Shown here: positions 39,475 to 51,319 of the stretch, in pieces | Layout of the letters: the number at the start of each line of letters is the position of its first letter | Position numbering within the stretch: the stretch's first letter is position 1 | Assembly: GCF_006345805.1 (NCBI RefSeq) | Contig: NC_043011.1 | Coordinates: 48,744,464 to 48,808,463, forward strand | From: Octopus sinensis | Taxonomy: Eukaryota | Direction of reading: 5' to 3' | Length of the DNA: 64,000 nt | Notes under the pieces: model-generated | The model's input: the letters and a program-made list of their open reading frames with translations, nothing else | Database searches by the model: none | What the model was told of the DNA's origin: nothing | Translations under genes and position numbers: made by a program

Positions 39475-40169
39475 GTTACCTGGTGGTGTGTATATATGTG
39501 AAATCATTTACGATATGGATAAAGAAATTATATGGTGGTCAAGATTTAAAAGATTGAAGTCAAACACTTTTCCTCTTTGACCAAGTCCTCATCAACTTCA
39601 AGTTCCACTTATAGAGCAATGTTAAGATGGAAAGGGTTGTACTGGCCTCTGTCATATTTGGAGAAAGACACATTAGAGTGCCCACTATAGCTCAAAAAGC
39701 TTTACTTTTAGTATGTTCCTGTAGGCAAGCAAACAGATGGGAGATGGCACTTGACCTAAGTAATCAGGGTACTTAAAGATATGAGGGGTACCTTGATTGG
39801 TCCTAGGTGACTCTATCTTTATTTGGACAACTCATTCAATTTCTTTTGTCCACTGTTGCTTTTCATATAACTTTTTAATGACCCCCCTCAAAGTCAATTG
39901 TTAATTGAACAAAGCATGTTACATGATTTTTATTAATTTTATTAACTTAGTTTATTTGATAAAGGCCTGTATGAGATTTCCTCTAATTTTATGACTCAAA
40001 ACTTTTTAATTTATGATGTTAATTTTCAAATTAAAACTTTCCATTAAAATTTTATGTAAGAGCCTTATGTTATATTTCAAACACCAGCTTAATAGGCAGA
40101 GGCTATTTTCTTAAATGCAGCTAAATTCTTTATTATTTTCAAAATTAATACAGATGCATGGACAATGCA

Positions 40170-40928
40170 AATGCAAAAGAAAACATCAAATTTAGAAGCA
40201 ATAGCTGCCAAACTAGGATTGAAAGTCAACCGCAACAAATCAAAAAATATGCGCATTAATGAAGAAGACAGCAAACGTATTAAAGTCGAAACCGGTGAAC
40301 TAGAGAATGTAGCTGAGTTTACGTATTTAGGTAGTAAGATAACGTTTACAGGTGGCACCGACGAAGATATTAAGACGAGAATAAGTAAGGCAAGGACCGC
40401 TTTTCACCGGTTAAAGAAAGTATGGAGCACAAGTGTAATTTCAATAAAGAACAAAATATGAATTTTTAACACTGATGTAAAAGCGGTGTTATTGTATGGA
40501 GCTGAGACATGGCGAACAACAGTTAAGTCAAATAAGCAAATACAATCATTCATCAACAGATGCTTGTGAAGTATACTTAAAATTAGATGGCCCAAACACA
40601 TAAACATAAGCAATATGGAGCTATGGCAAAGAACAAATCAAGTTTTGATTAGGGAGCAAATATTTAAGAAAAAGTGGAAGTGGATTAGTAGCACAATTAG
40701 AAAAGACACACCAAATGTAGCAAAAAGTGCTTTACAGTGGAAACTGGATGGATATAGACAGAGAAGTAGGCCTAAGAATTCGTGGTGGAGATCAACACAA
40801 AAGGAACTAGAAAAAGGGGGACATTCATGGCAGAGTATAAGTACAGAAGCCAAAAATTATGCGACATGGAATTCAGCTATAAGTGGACTATACGTTGAAG
40901 GGTTAAAGGCAGAAAAAGAAAAAACGAA
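40170..40928 (+). pseudogene. 5'-truncated RTE-clade LINE (RT C-terminal region), dead
   Basis: One frame reads KLGLKVNRNKSK..EFTYLGSKIT..DIKTRISKARTAF..VLLYGAETW..FINRCL*SILKIRWP..RQRSRPKNSWWR, with stops at 40459 and about 40567; TSD gcatg(g/a)acaatgca (40156-40169 / 40929-40942). Confidence 0.92.
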
Positions 40929-41995
40929 GCATGAACAATGCATTTCATTAGAAATATGCTCACAAAAGAGTTAAGAAAGATATGATGTAATGTTGATCTT
41001 GACAGGATTCGAACTCAGAAAGTAAAAGGAGATAATTAAATATAACAGAGCAATTAGTTGACCACTTTAGTGTTTCTGTCATTCCATTTAAAAGCACAGC
41101 ACACATTTCCTCTCAGAGACATTTGTGCTAGCTTTGATAAAAGGTATTTAAATTTCCTGCCTATTTCCTGCCATCAACCATAACACTTATTAAAAGATTT
41201 TCTGGTCCTTCATTATTTCATAATTAATCCTAATCACCTTCTAATTATCGCCGTACGTACTTCCTACATTTGACGAAAGGTATTTAAACTCTGGCTAAAT
41301 GACAAAAGATTCAATGAAATTTTGCAAAGTCTTTCACTGTTGCCGTTGTCATCATTCTCATCATTAGTCTTAGTTCAATGTCTATTCTTCGATGCTGGCA
41401 TAGGTTGAAGTTTGCCGAAGTAAATAGGAATTGAAATAAATTCTGACACTATAGTTCACAGAGAATAACATTCAATAACCAGCAGCCTTACATACTCGGT
41501 GGACATGTCTTCCATTCAACTTCGGCATTATCACTTTCAATTTGAAATAACATGTCTCTCTCTCTAACAATTCTTACCGAAAATTGGGACCTGAATTCAA
41601 TGAATTCTAGATTGAAATATGATTAATTCTTGAAAGTATTTTTAATCAGATTGCTTGATGCTGAAATAACTATAAAGTAGCGCTACACTCTGTGTACACT
41701 CTACTTTCTCAGTCCATTAGAAATCAGGAGAAATTTTAACTCAATTGTTAATGTTTAAATTAACAAGTGAAAACAAAATCAGTTTTCACTGTGAATGCTT
41801 TTAGTATTTCAATGTATTTTGCACAGCTATTATACCAATATAATGAATTAGTATTTTAGTTTTTGGTGTAGTACTAACTATCATATCAACATATGTGACT
41901 GCTATTCAGATATATTTTGTAAAAGTAACATTTTCCAATGCATTTTAGCCATATAACCACTATATCTTCATATGTGGTCAATATCTAATCTTTTA

Positions 41996-42173
41996 CAGTT
42001 CTATATATAAGAGATGAGGAATTATGTACATTATTTACATTCGACGGATATTTGTCCTCATCTTGTTTGTTGTTAACACAATGTTTTGGCCGATATACCC
42101 TCCAGCATTCTTCAGTTGTCTTTGGGAAATTTCTAACCTGGGTTCTCATTCCTAAGGTATTTTTTGATGTTAC

Positions 42174-42215
<42 letters not shown>

Positions 42216-42308
42216 GATTATTATTATTATTGTTCAAGTCACTGCTTGCAATCAAACTCAGAATCTTGGGGTGACCTGAACAATAACAATAATAACAACA
42301 ACAACAAC

Positions 42309-42357
<49 letters not shown>

Positions 42358-42542
42358 TTGAAAAATACCTTAGGAATGAGAACCCAGGTTAGAAATTTCC
42401 CAAAGACATCTAAGGAAAGCTGGCGAGTATATCAGCCAAAACCATTGTGTTAACAACAAACAAGATGAGGACAAATATCCGTCGAATGTAAATAATGTAA
42501 ATAATGTAAATAATGTAAATAATGTAAATAATGTAAATAATG
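41996..42542. mobile_element. Second copy of the fold-back tRNA-head/hammerhead element
   Basis: 13-bp TSD atctaatctttta (41983-41995 / 42543-42555); same left terminus cagttctatat; about 230-bp inverted arms; (aatgtaaat)x6 right end. Confidence 0.88.
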
Positions 42543-42544
42543 AT

Positions 42545-42752
42545 CTAATCTTTTAACTTTCAGATGACTCTGTCGAATTCAATGCTTGTTTTGAATAAAT
42601 CATGCATTATCTTGTAGCTTTGATATTTCGGTGATGTGATTGTGCATTATTAGAATGACATTGTAGAGTAGATGTGAGAGGCTGGATCTGGCCAGTTTGT
42701 ACAGACATCATGTTTGGGTCAGTTATAGCCAGCTTAAATGTTACAGGGTTAA
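42545..42752. mobile_element. TTAA-CCC MITE (second family)
   Basis: Ends acagggttaa; degenerate left TIR ctaatcttttaac. Confidence 0.7.
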
Positions 42753-42855
42753 ATATATTTTGTACTGCTAACTATTATGTCTACATATGCCGTCTGCATT
42801 TAAATATAATATATTTCCTATTACTATATATGACGTGTGTTATTGATCAATATTA

Positions 42856-43020
42856 GTTTCAAATTTTGATACAAGGCCTGCAAGTTCTAGGGAGGGTTAA
42901 GCCGATTACATCAATCACAGTACTTATTTTATTGACCCTGAAAGGATGAAAGGTAAAAACAACCTTGGCAGAATTTGAATTCAGACTGTTAAGGTAGATG
43001 AAATGCCACTAAGCGTTCTG
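42856..43020 (-). mobile_element. SINE-C (tail type 2)
   Basis: tttcaaattttgatacaaggcc..attgaccctgaaaggatgaaagg. Confidence 0.75.
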
Positions 43021-43117
43021 TGAGTTTGCTACATAATTGATGATCAATATTGATTTCACATTGTGGTATAAAGTTAGCAATTTTAAGACAGGAGCAAGTT
43101 GATTATATTGACCCCAC

Positions 43118-43511
43118 AGGCGGCGAGCTGGCAGAACCGTTAGCACGCCGGGCGAAATGTTTAGCCCTAACGTTCTGAGTTCAAATTCCACCGAGGTCAA
43201 CTTTGCCTTTCATCCTTTCGGGGTCGATAAATTAAGTACCAGTTATGCACTGGGGTCGATGTAATCGACTTAATTCGTTTGTCCTTGTTTGTCCCCTCTG
43301 TGTTTAGCCCCTTGTGGGTAATAAAGAAACAGGTATTTCGTCTGCCATTACGTTCTGAGTTCGAATTCTGCTGTGGTCGACTTTGCCTTTCATCCTTTCG
43401 GGGTCGATAAATTAAGTACCAGTTACACACTGGGGTCGATGCAATCGACTTAATTCGTTTGTCCTTGTTTGTCCCCTCTGTGTTTAGCCCCTTGTGGATA
43501 ATAAAGAAACA
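43118..43511 (+). mobile_element. SINE-C dimer (tail type 1), inserted antisense into an older SINE-C (about 43050-43650, -)
   Basis: 14-bp TSD tatattgaccccac (43104-43117 / 43512-43525); central ctttcatcctttcggggtcgataaattaagtaccag resembles the Meta/Sauria-type SINE domain. Confidence 0.9.
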
Positions 43512-43725
43512 TATATTGACCCCACTGAACAACTGGTATGTATTTTATCAATCCTGAAAGGACAAAAGGCAAAGTCAGCCCTGGCAGAATTTGAACTTAG
43601 AATGTAAAGACTGACGAAGTGCTACTAAGCATTCTGCCAGTTCACCACCTTTTTGTGATCAATAATAAAATGTATTTTGTCTTATTGAGTATTACGTCTA
43701 CATATGTACTCTTTTACTTCTGATA

Positions 43726-44110
43726 TACTCTTTTACTTGTTTCAGTCATTTGACTGCGGCCATGCTGGAGCACCGCCTTTAATCGAGCAAATCGACCCCG
43801 GGACTTATTCTTTGTAAGCCCAGTACTTATTCTATCGGTCTCTTTTGCCGAACCGCTAGGTGATGGGGACGTAAGCAATGCTGGGGGGACAAACACAGAC
43901 ACACAAACATATACACACACACTTATATATATATATACATATATACGACAGGCTTCTTTCAGTTTCCGTCTACCAAATCCACTCACAAGGCATTGGTCGG
44001 CCCGGGGCTATAGCAGAAGACACTTGCCCAAGATGCCATGCAGTGGGACTGAACCTGGAACCATATGGTTGGTTAGCAAGCTACTTACCACACAGCCACT
44101 CCTGCGCCTA
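43726..44110 (-). mobile_element. SINE-A full-length
   Basis: Matches reference copy. Confidence 0.9.
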
Positions 44111-44214
44111 TGTGGTCAGCATTTGAATATATATTTCTTATTTTATGAACGAGTGGTACATAGTGCATTTAGTGTGTTAACAATTATACCAGCTCACTGG
44201 CTTGTCCAGTCCTT

Positions 44215-44602
44215 TCATCATCATTGTTTAATGTCCGATTTCCATGCTGGCATGGGTTGGACGGTTTGACTGAGGTCTGGAGAGCCAGCACCTGCACCAG
44301 GCTCCAATCTTATCTGGCAATGTTTCTACAGCTGGATGCCCTTCCTAATGCCAACCACTCCGAGAGCATAGTGGGTGCTTTTTATGTGCCACCAGCACAG
44401 GAACCAGTCAGGCAGTACTGTCATTGGTCAGGATCAGCTGGTGTTTTTTATGTGCCACCAGTACGAGAGCCAGTCAGGTGGATCTGGCATTGACCATGTT
44501 CGGATGGTGCTTTTTATGTGCCACTGACACAGGAACAAGCCAGGGGTACCGGTCCCAGCTATGATACTGGTTTTATTTGACTCAACAGACCTTCTCAAGT
44601 AT
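44215..44602 (-). mobile_element. Family D including a residue of the LINE ORF end
   Basis: (cat)n tail, tandem units, reverse complement cttgagaaggtctgttgagtc. Confidence 0.8.
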
Positions 44603-44619
44603 ATGTCTTGTTGCAAAAT

Positions 44620-44820
44620 TGATTTCAAATTTTGGCACAAGGCCAGCAATTTCAGAGAGTGGGCTAAGTCAATTACATAAAACCAGTACTTATTTTATCA
44701 ATCCCGAAAGAACTAAATACAATGGTGACCTCAGCAGAAATTGAACTCTGAACGTAAAGACAGATAAAATACTGCTAAGCATTTTGACTGGCTTTCTAAC
44801 AATTCTGCCAGATCGCCACG
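44620..44820 (-). mobile_element. SINE-C (tail type 2)
   Basis: tttcaaattttggcacaaggccagcaat...ctgccagatcgcc. Confidence 0.8.
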
Positions 44821-45470
44821 TTGTCCTGTCCTGTCCTGTCCTGTTGCAATATTACCACAAGTAATTATTTATGCAATGGCCTAACAAGAAGCATATATAA
44901 TTAAAAGTATATGCAAACATGAGCGTGTAGGTGTGTCTCATTAGAATTTTAGATCAAAGGTAACGGTTTTCTTTTCCATCTGCTTTTCATGTTTTGAGGA
45001 AATATGATCCGCTTTTGAAGTGATAATTTGAATCATTAGAATTTTATAAGATTCTTGCAGCAATAACTTTCATTGCATGGTTAATGTGCCTTCATCATCA
45101 TCATCATTATGATGATGATCATCAACATAGCTGATCTGTAGATTTATATAAGTGTGTGTATGATTGGGTGTGTGAGATTTAGAATAAAATGCAAAGTATA
45201 AAATTGAAAACAGAAAAGTAATACATGCTATTGATATTTCCTATCTTATCAAAGCAATCTTTTCTCTCATCGCTCAGTTGGCGTCTTCTAAAGAACATCT
45301 TAAGAACAAGGATTATACACCTGCCTTATAGAAAGCTGATAAGATATAAATTCTTGATTAGTTGTCTATGTGTGAATGGTAAAGTGGGTGGCCATGTGGT
45401 TTGTACTTTAGATGCAATATATTCAATGATTTCATTAGCTTCGATATTTCCTGTCGTATGTGAATGCATG

Positions 45471-45508
<38 letters not shown>

Positions 45509-45625
45509 CTTTTCTTTCTTTCTTTAAGGATGACCTTTTTCTGTTACAATTCTTATTGTAGCTCAGATTGTATCCTTTAATTAAATTTGAAGTATTACCA
45601 TAGCCCAACCAAAAATATTGTTTTT

Positions 45626-45660
<35 letters not shown>

Positions 45661-45683
45661 ATGTGTGTGTTTGTGTTTGTGTT

Positions 45684-45848
45684 GGTACAGGTGTGGCTGT
45701 GTGGTAAGAAGCTGGCTTCCCAACCACATGGTTCTAGGTTTGGTCCCACTGCATGGCACCTTAGGCTTGTGTCTTCTACAAATATCCTAGGGCTGACAAA
45801 AGCCTTGTGAGTGAATTTGGTAGACAGAAACTGAAAAGAAACCTGTTG

Positions 45849-45850
<2 letters not shown>
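45684..45850 (+). mobile_element. SINE-A 5' half
   Basis: Head and CORE-like region. Confidence 0.8.
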
Positions 45851-45940
<90 letters not shown>

Positions 45941-46085
45941 ATGTATGTATATGTATGTATGTATGTATATATATAAATACAGTGTACATTTACACAAAAG
46001 AGGTATCCATCATAGGACTATCTGCACGCTAGAGAAGCCTCTGGTAATGGACATTTCTAATATTTCAGATTACCCTTTGATATTA

Positions 46086-46156
<71 letters not shown>

Positions 46157-46157
<1 letters not shown>

Positions 46158-46321
46158 CGATGGGCGTCTTTCTGTTTCTGTCTACCAAATCCACTCACAA
46201 GGATTGGTCGGCCAGAGACTATAGCAGAAGACATTTGCCCAAGGTGCCACGCAGTGGGACTGAACCCAGAATTATGTGGTTGGTAAGCAGGCTGCTTACC
46301 ACACAGCCACTTCTGTGCCTG
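46157..46321 (-). mobile_element. SINE-A 5' half
   Basis: Head and CORE-like region, inverted relative to the 45684 copy. Confidence 0.85.
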
Positions 46322-46333
46322 CAGACACTCCTG

Positions 46334-46388
<55 letters not shown>

Positions 46389-46391
46389 AAG

Positions 46392-46442
<51 letters not shown>

Positions 46443-47044
46443 TATATGTATATGTATGTATATATATGCATGTGTATGCATATTGTATGTAATGTTCCTA
46501 TCCCAACACAATAAGACTAACAATAGCCTGTTGTGGGATAGCCCCATTTGCTCAAACCTCATTGGTCAAGCAGGTAACAATTCAGAGATATGACAGTGTG
46601 TGTCTGATTGTGTGGAATAAATAGCCTTGTACAAGTATACAAAACATACATATCTATCTCAACGGTTAGCTGCAACTTTGTATTAAACATTGGATACTAG
46701 TATATAGTTTAAACTACTAAACAAAATAAAACATGCAAAGAGAAGATTAATAAAAGAAATTAAATTGGCAAGGATTTCGGTTTTTATGCAAACTTTGGCA
46801 CTAAGACTTTTGTTCTCTCTCAAGAAGAATTACCGTCTATATTTGATCGTTTGACTTTATCTAAAATATAAAGTTACACATGCAGACACATTAAGCATCA
46901 ACTGAGCCAATCTTGCTAGATGTGAGTTGATATGCAAGCTTCTATTTGGTCGGCCAAGTTGGTAGAAATAGCAGCCAAATCTTACCAAAATCACAACATA
47001 CTGTCTTTAAAAAAATGTTGATCCGCATTAGATAAACAGATAGT

Positions 47045-47268
47045 TGGTGAGCTGGCGGAATCATTACCACATTGGACAATATGTTTAGCAGTGCTTTATT
47101 CATCTTAGCAGTCTGAGTTCAAATTCTGCCAAGGTTGACTTCACCTTTCATCATTTCAGGATCAATAAAATAAGTGCCAGATGAGCATGTGAGTTGAAGT
47201 AATCAACTTAACTCTCCCCACTCCCCCTTACCTCGAAATTGCTGGCCTTGTGCTAAAATTTGAAATCA
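47045..47268 (+). mobile_element. SINE-C (tail type 2)
   Basis: ggtgagctggcggaatc...gctggccttgtgctaaaatttgaaatc. Confidence 0.75.
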
Positions 47269-47343
47269 GTATATTATGTCAGAATAAGAGACTTAGTGGA
47301 CACCTTTCATCACTAATCTGCTGGATCAGAGCTAAAGGGTAAA

Positions 47344-47666
47344 GCCCCGCTTCGGTCAAGACTGACCATGGGATTGCACCTAGAAAGTTACCCTCCGAGG
47401 CACAAGTCCAGGTAAGGTTGCTTATGGAAGACTAGCAATCGGCCATGCATATCAGTATACCCTCTCCATGCCACCAGTGTTATCCAAGAGAAAGGCAAAG
47501 GCTGATACAGCTTGGCACCAGTGATGTCACAACTCATTTCTACAGCTGAGTGAAATGGAATGATGTGAAATAAAGGGTCTTGCTCAAGAGCACAACATAC
47601 CACCTGATCTAGGAATCAAACTCACTACCACGTGATTGTGGGCCTGATGCTCTAACCACTGAGCCA
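47344..47666 (-). mobile_element. SINE-B
   Basis: Matches the 9945 copy. Confidence 0.85.
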
Positions 47667-47986
47667 ATCTAGAGCTAATCAAAAAGTACAATACTAACTA
47701 CAAAGCTTTATAAAAATACCAGCTAAATTTCTTTATATTCACACACTGCCTTCTTAAAAATGAAGAACACATTGGATATATCCAAAACTCAACATTCTTA
47801 AGAAATCAAGAATATAAAACAAAAAACCCAATTTGCATTTTCTCATTTTTTACTCTCTCATTAAATTACAACAATCATAAATATAAAAATTTATTCCATA
47901 AGAGTTATATATCTATAGTCCCTCCTAGAGTGAGGCATTTATGTATAGTAATGCCCTTAATATAAATAAATATTCACATCTACGTA

Positions 47987-48896
47987 TAGGTGCAGACATG
48001 TCTGTGTAGTAAGAAGCTGGCTTTCCAACCACATGGTTCCAGGTTCAGCCCCACTGTGTGGCACTTTTGGCAATTGTCTTTTACTATAAGTTTCGGCTGA
48101 CCAAAGCCTTGTGAGTGGATTTGGTAGATGGAAACTAAAAGAAGCCCATTGTATATATATATATATGAATATATGGTTCAAATTCTGCTTAGGTCAACTT
48201 TGCCTTTCATCCTTTCGGGGTCAATTGAATAAGTACCAATTAATCCCTGGGGTCGATGTAATCGACTTAATCCCCTTGTCGGTCCCCTCTATGTTTAGCC
48301 CCCTGTGGGCAATAAAGAAACATATATATATATATATATATATATATTGATAGTGGTGTGTGGTGTGTGTGCGTGTTTGTGTTTTGGATTTTGAGAGTTT
48401 GTCCCCCTCCACTTCTCGACAACAGTGTTGGTGTGTTTACATCCCATAACTTAGTAGTTCAGTGAAAGATATTTATAAAATAAGCACCAGGCTTAAAATA
48501 AAGAAAGATTTCTGGGGAGTGGTTAAGTCAACTACAATGACCCTAATATTCAACTGGTACTTATTTTATCAACCCCTGAAAAGATGAAAGGCAAAGTCAA
48601 TCCTGCCAGAATTTGAACTCAGAATGGGAAGACAAAAGAAGCACAGCAAAGCATTTTGCCTAGTGTACTAATGACCCTTATCTCTTTATTGCCCACAAGG
48701 CGCTAAACATAGAGGGGACAAAGGGGTTAAGTCAATTACATCGACTCCAGTGCATAACTGGTACTTAATTTATCAACCCTGAAAGGATGAAAGGCAAAGT
48801 CGACCTCAGTGGAATTTGAACTGAGAACGTAAATGCAGAGGAAATATCGCTAAGCATTTTGCCCGGTGTGCTAACGTTTTTGCCAGCTCGCCGCCT
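47987..48896. mobile_element. SINE cluster: A(+) 47987-48515 with C(+) 48176-48321 inside, then C(-) 48515-48672 and C(-) 48680-48896
   Basis: By-eye alignment to reference copies. Confidence 0.8.
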
Positions 48897-48904
48897 GAAT
48901 TGAA

Positions 48905-49644
48905 GACCTAATATTGAGGACAAGGAACAATTTCATTTCTGCAAGTTAACACTTCTATGTCCAGTAATTTCAAACATTTCCATCTCTTTGACAATGTCTT
49001 TTGGTTCCTAAAATAATTGGAATCTCTCTTGATTGCTTTTTCGAAAGCTTTGCTTATGCCAAAAGTTAATTTTTGTAACAGGGACGTTTGTTTTGATGAG
49101 GCTGCCATTGTCATTATGAAGGGTTTGGATTCAGTGCAGGAATGAGGAAACCCTTCTGGCAAAAATCAAACATCCTTTTTGTTTTATCTTTAATCTTTTA
49201 CTTGTTTCAGTCATTAGATTGTGGCCATGCTGGGGCACTGCCTTGACGGGGCTTTTAGTCAAATGGATTGACCCCAGCGCTTATTTTTATTCTAGGCTAG
49301 GAAATTATTCTCTTGGTCTCCTTTGCTGAACTGCTAATTTACAGGGTTTAAGCACCAACACTAGCTGTCAAGCAATGGATGGGGACAAACATAGATACAA
49401 AGGCGTGCACACACAGACACATGTATACAACAGGCTTCTTTCAGTTTCCGACTACCAAATCCACTCACAAGTCTTTTGTCAGCCTAAGGCTATAGTAGAA
49501 GACACATGCCCATGGTACCATGCAGTGGGACTGAACTTGGACCCATGTGATTGGAAAGCAAACTTTTTACCACTCAGCCATGCCTTCACCTATTTTACAA
49601 ATATTCCTGATGGCAAAGTAAGAAATGATTGAAGAGCATCTAAA

Positions 49645-49704
<60 letters not shown>

Positions 49705-50460
49705 GATTATTAAAAGATAAAAGATTATATAAATCTGTCATGAATCCAATCATATTTTTATTCCTTTATTTTTTTGATTCTTATCTTGATCTAGTCTTTC
49801 TACAAGACAGACGTTGATGTTCTTTACCAATTCAATTTTCCAGAAAGAAAAAAAAAAAAAAGAACACAAAACATGTCTTCAGTGGAGACCAGGGTAACAT
49901 CCCTCTGACCTAATTTCCTGGCTCCAGTTTTAATTGGTTTCATTACTGATGCGACAGCATGAATGGCATTGAATTCATTGTCTGAAAAGTTAAGACGATG
50001 TTTTATATTGATCATATATAACTTTTGTAATACGGCTTTAAATAACAACAATTGTCTATTTCCATTTATTTTAGTATCATCGATTAATTACAATTCGTGA
50101 CCATGCTCCTGCTTAACATATTACTGAAGCATTTCAATTTTTGTCGGAGACCCAATAAATAAAGCAACAACTGGTCTCACTTTTTTTTTATGACATTGCT
50201 AATGTTTGAATTTTCTTTAGCGTCAGTGTCTTTGGTAATAGCAGCTATTTCATTAAGTTCAGTTTTACTGCTAATCAATATAAATTATTAGCCATATTTG
50301 AATTACAATTACAGAATCTACGTTTTGATCATCATCCACATATTGAACCTTCGGATCTGTTATCAGTCATTGAATTAGCTTTATCACATGAAGTCCATGT
50401 GCTTAACACAATGCTTACAAAGAATTTAACAATGACACTTACTCCATCAGTTACAACTGC
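48905..50460 (-). pseudogene. Decayed hAT-superfamily transposase, interrupted by SINE-A and (AAT)n
   Basis: Minus-strand pieces in order: VVTDGVSVIVKF; LC*AHGLH; KKVRPVVALFIGSPTKIEMLQ*YVKQEHGHEL*LIDDTK; FSDNEFNAIHAVASVMKPIKTGARKLGQRDVTLVS; KEMEMFEITGHRSVNLQ. Confidence 0.8.
49182..49592 (-). mobile_element. SINE-A, diverged
   Basis: Matches reference copy. Confidence 0.8.
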
Positions 50461-50498
50461 ATCTGGATTTTTTTCAAAATCAAGATTACATTATATTG

Positions 50499-50874
50499 TA
50501 GGTACAGGAGTGGCTGTGTGGTAAGTAGCTTGCTAACCAACCACATGGTTCCGGGTTCAGTCCCACTGCGTGGCATCTTGGGCAAGTGTCTTCTGCTATA
50601 GCCCCGGGCTGACCAATGCCTTGTGAGTGGATTTGGTAGACGGAAACTGAAAGAAGCCTGTCGTATATATGTATATATATTTTTGTGTGTGCTTGTGTTT
50701 GTCCCCCTAGCATTGCTTGACAACCGATGCTGGTGTGTTTACGTCCCCGTCACTTAGCAGTTCGGCAAAAGAGACTGATAGAATAAGTACTAGGCTTACA
50801 AAGAATAAGTCCCGGGGTCGATTTGACAGCATGGCCGCAGTTAAATGACTGAAACAAGTAAAAGAGTAAGAGTA
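50499..50874 (+). mobile_element. SINE-A, near full-length
   Basis: Matches reference copy. Confidence 0.9.
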
Positions 50875-50889
50875 TCTAGGGATGCTGAG

Positions 50890-51215
50890 TATCATGGAGG
50901 CAATGACAAGTGATGGAGACCTTTGGCAATTTGCTGTGCCGGAGAAGACATGTCAAGCTAAGTGAAACCATAATTAGGGCCAGTGTTGGTGACATGTAAA
51001 AGCACCTGTTCCAGGGACACACAGAAGGCACCCATGCTGGTGACATGTATAAGATACCACTACATTCTGGAGTGGTTGGCGTTAGGAAGGGCATCCAACC
51101 ATAGAAACCAAGCCAAAGCAGAGTAGAGCCTGGTTCAGCTCTCCAGCTTACCAGTTCGACTCAAACTCTCTAACCCATGCCAGCACAGAAAACAGATGTT
51201 AAATTATGATTATGA
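50890..51215 (+). mobile_element. Family D with RTE-like ORF terminus
   Basis: atggaggcaatgacaagtgatggagacctttggcaatttgctgtg = MEAMTSDGDLWQFAVPEKTCQAK*, then the D 3' region. Confidence 0.75.
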
Positions 51216-51319
51216 TCCAGGAAGCTTTTATTTCTGGAAGTTCTTTAAGGATTTCAACAGGAAAACCTCCATCAATTCTAACCATTCCTAAATTCCTGAA
51301 TTTACAAGAGGAGTGTTTT

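Noticed and set aside
46070-46471. Recurring peptides such as CHAVGLNPEPCGW suggesting a gene family
   Set aside because: They are antisense translations of SINE-A copies.
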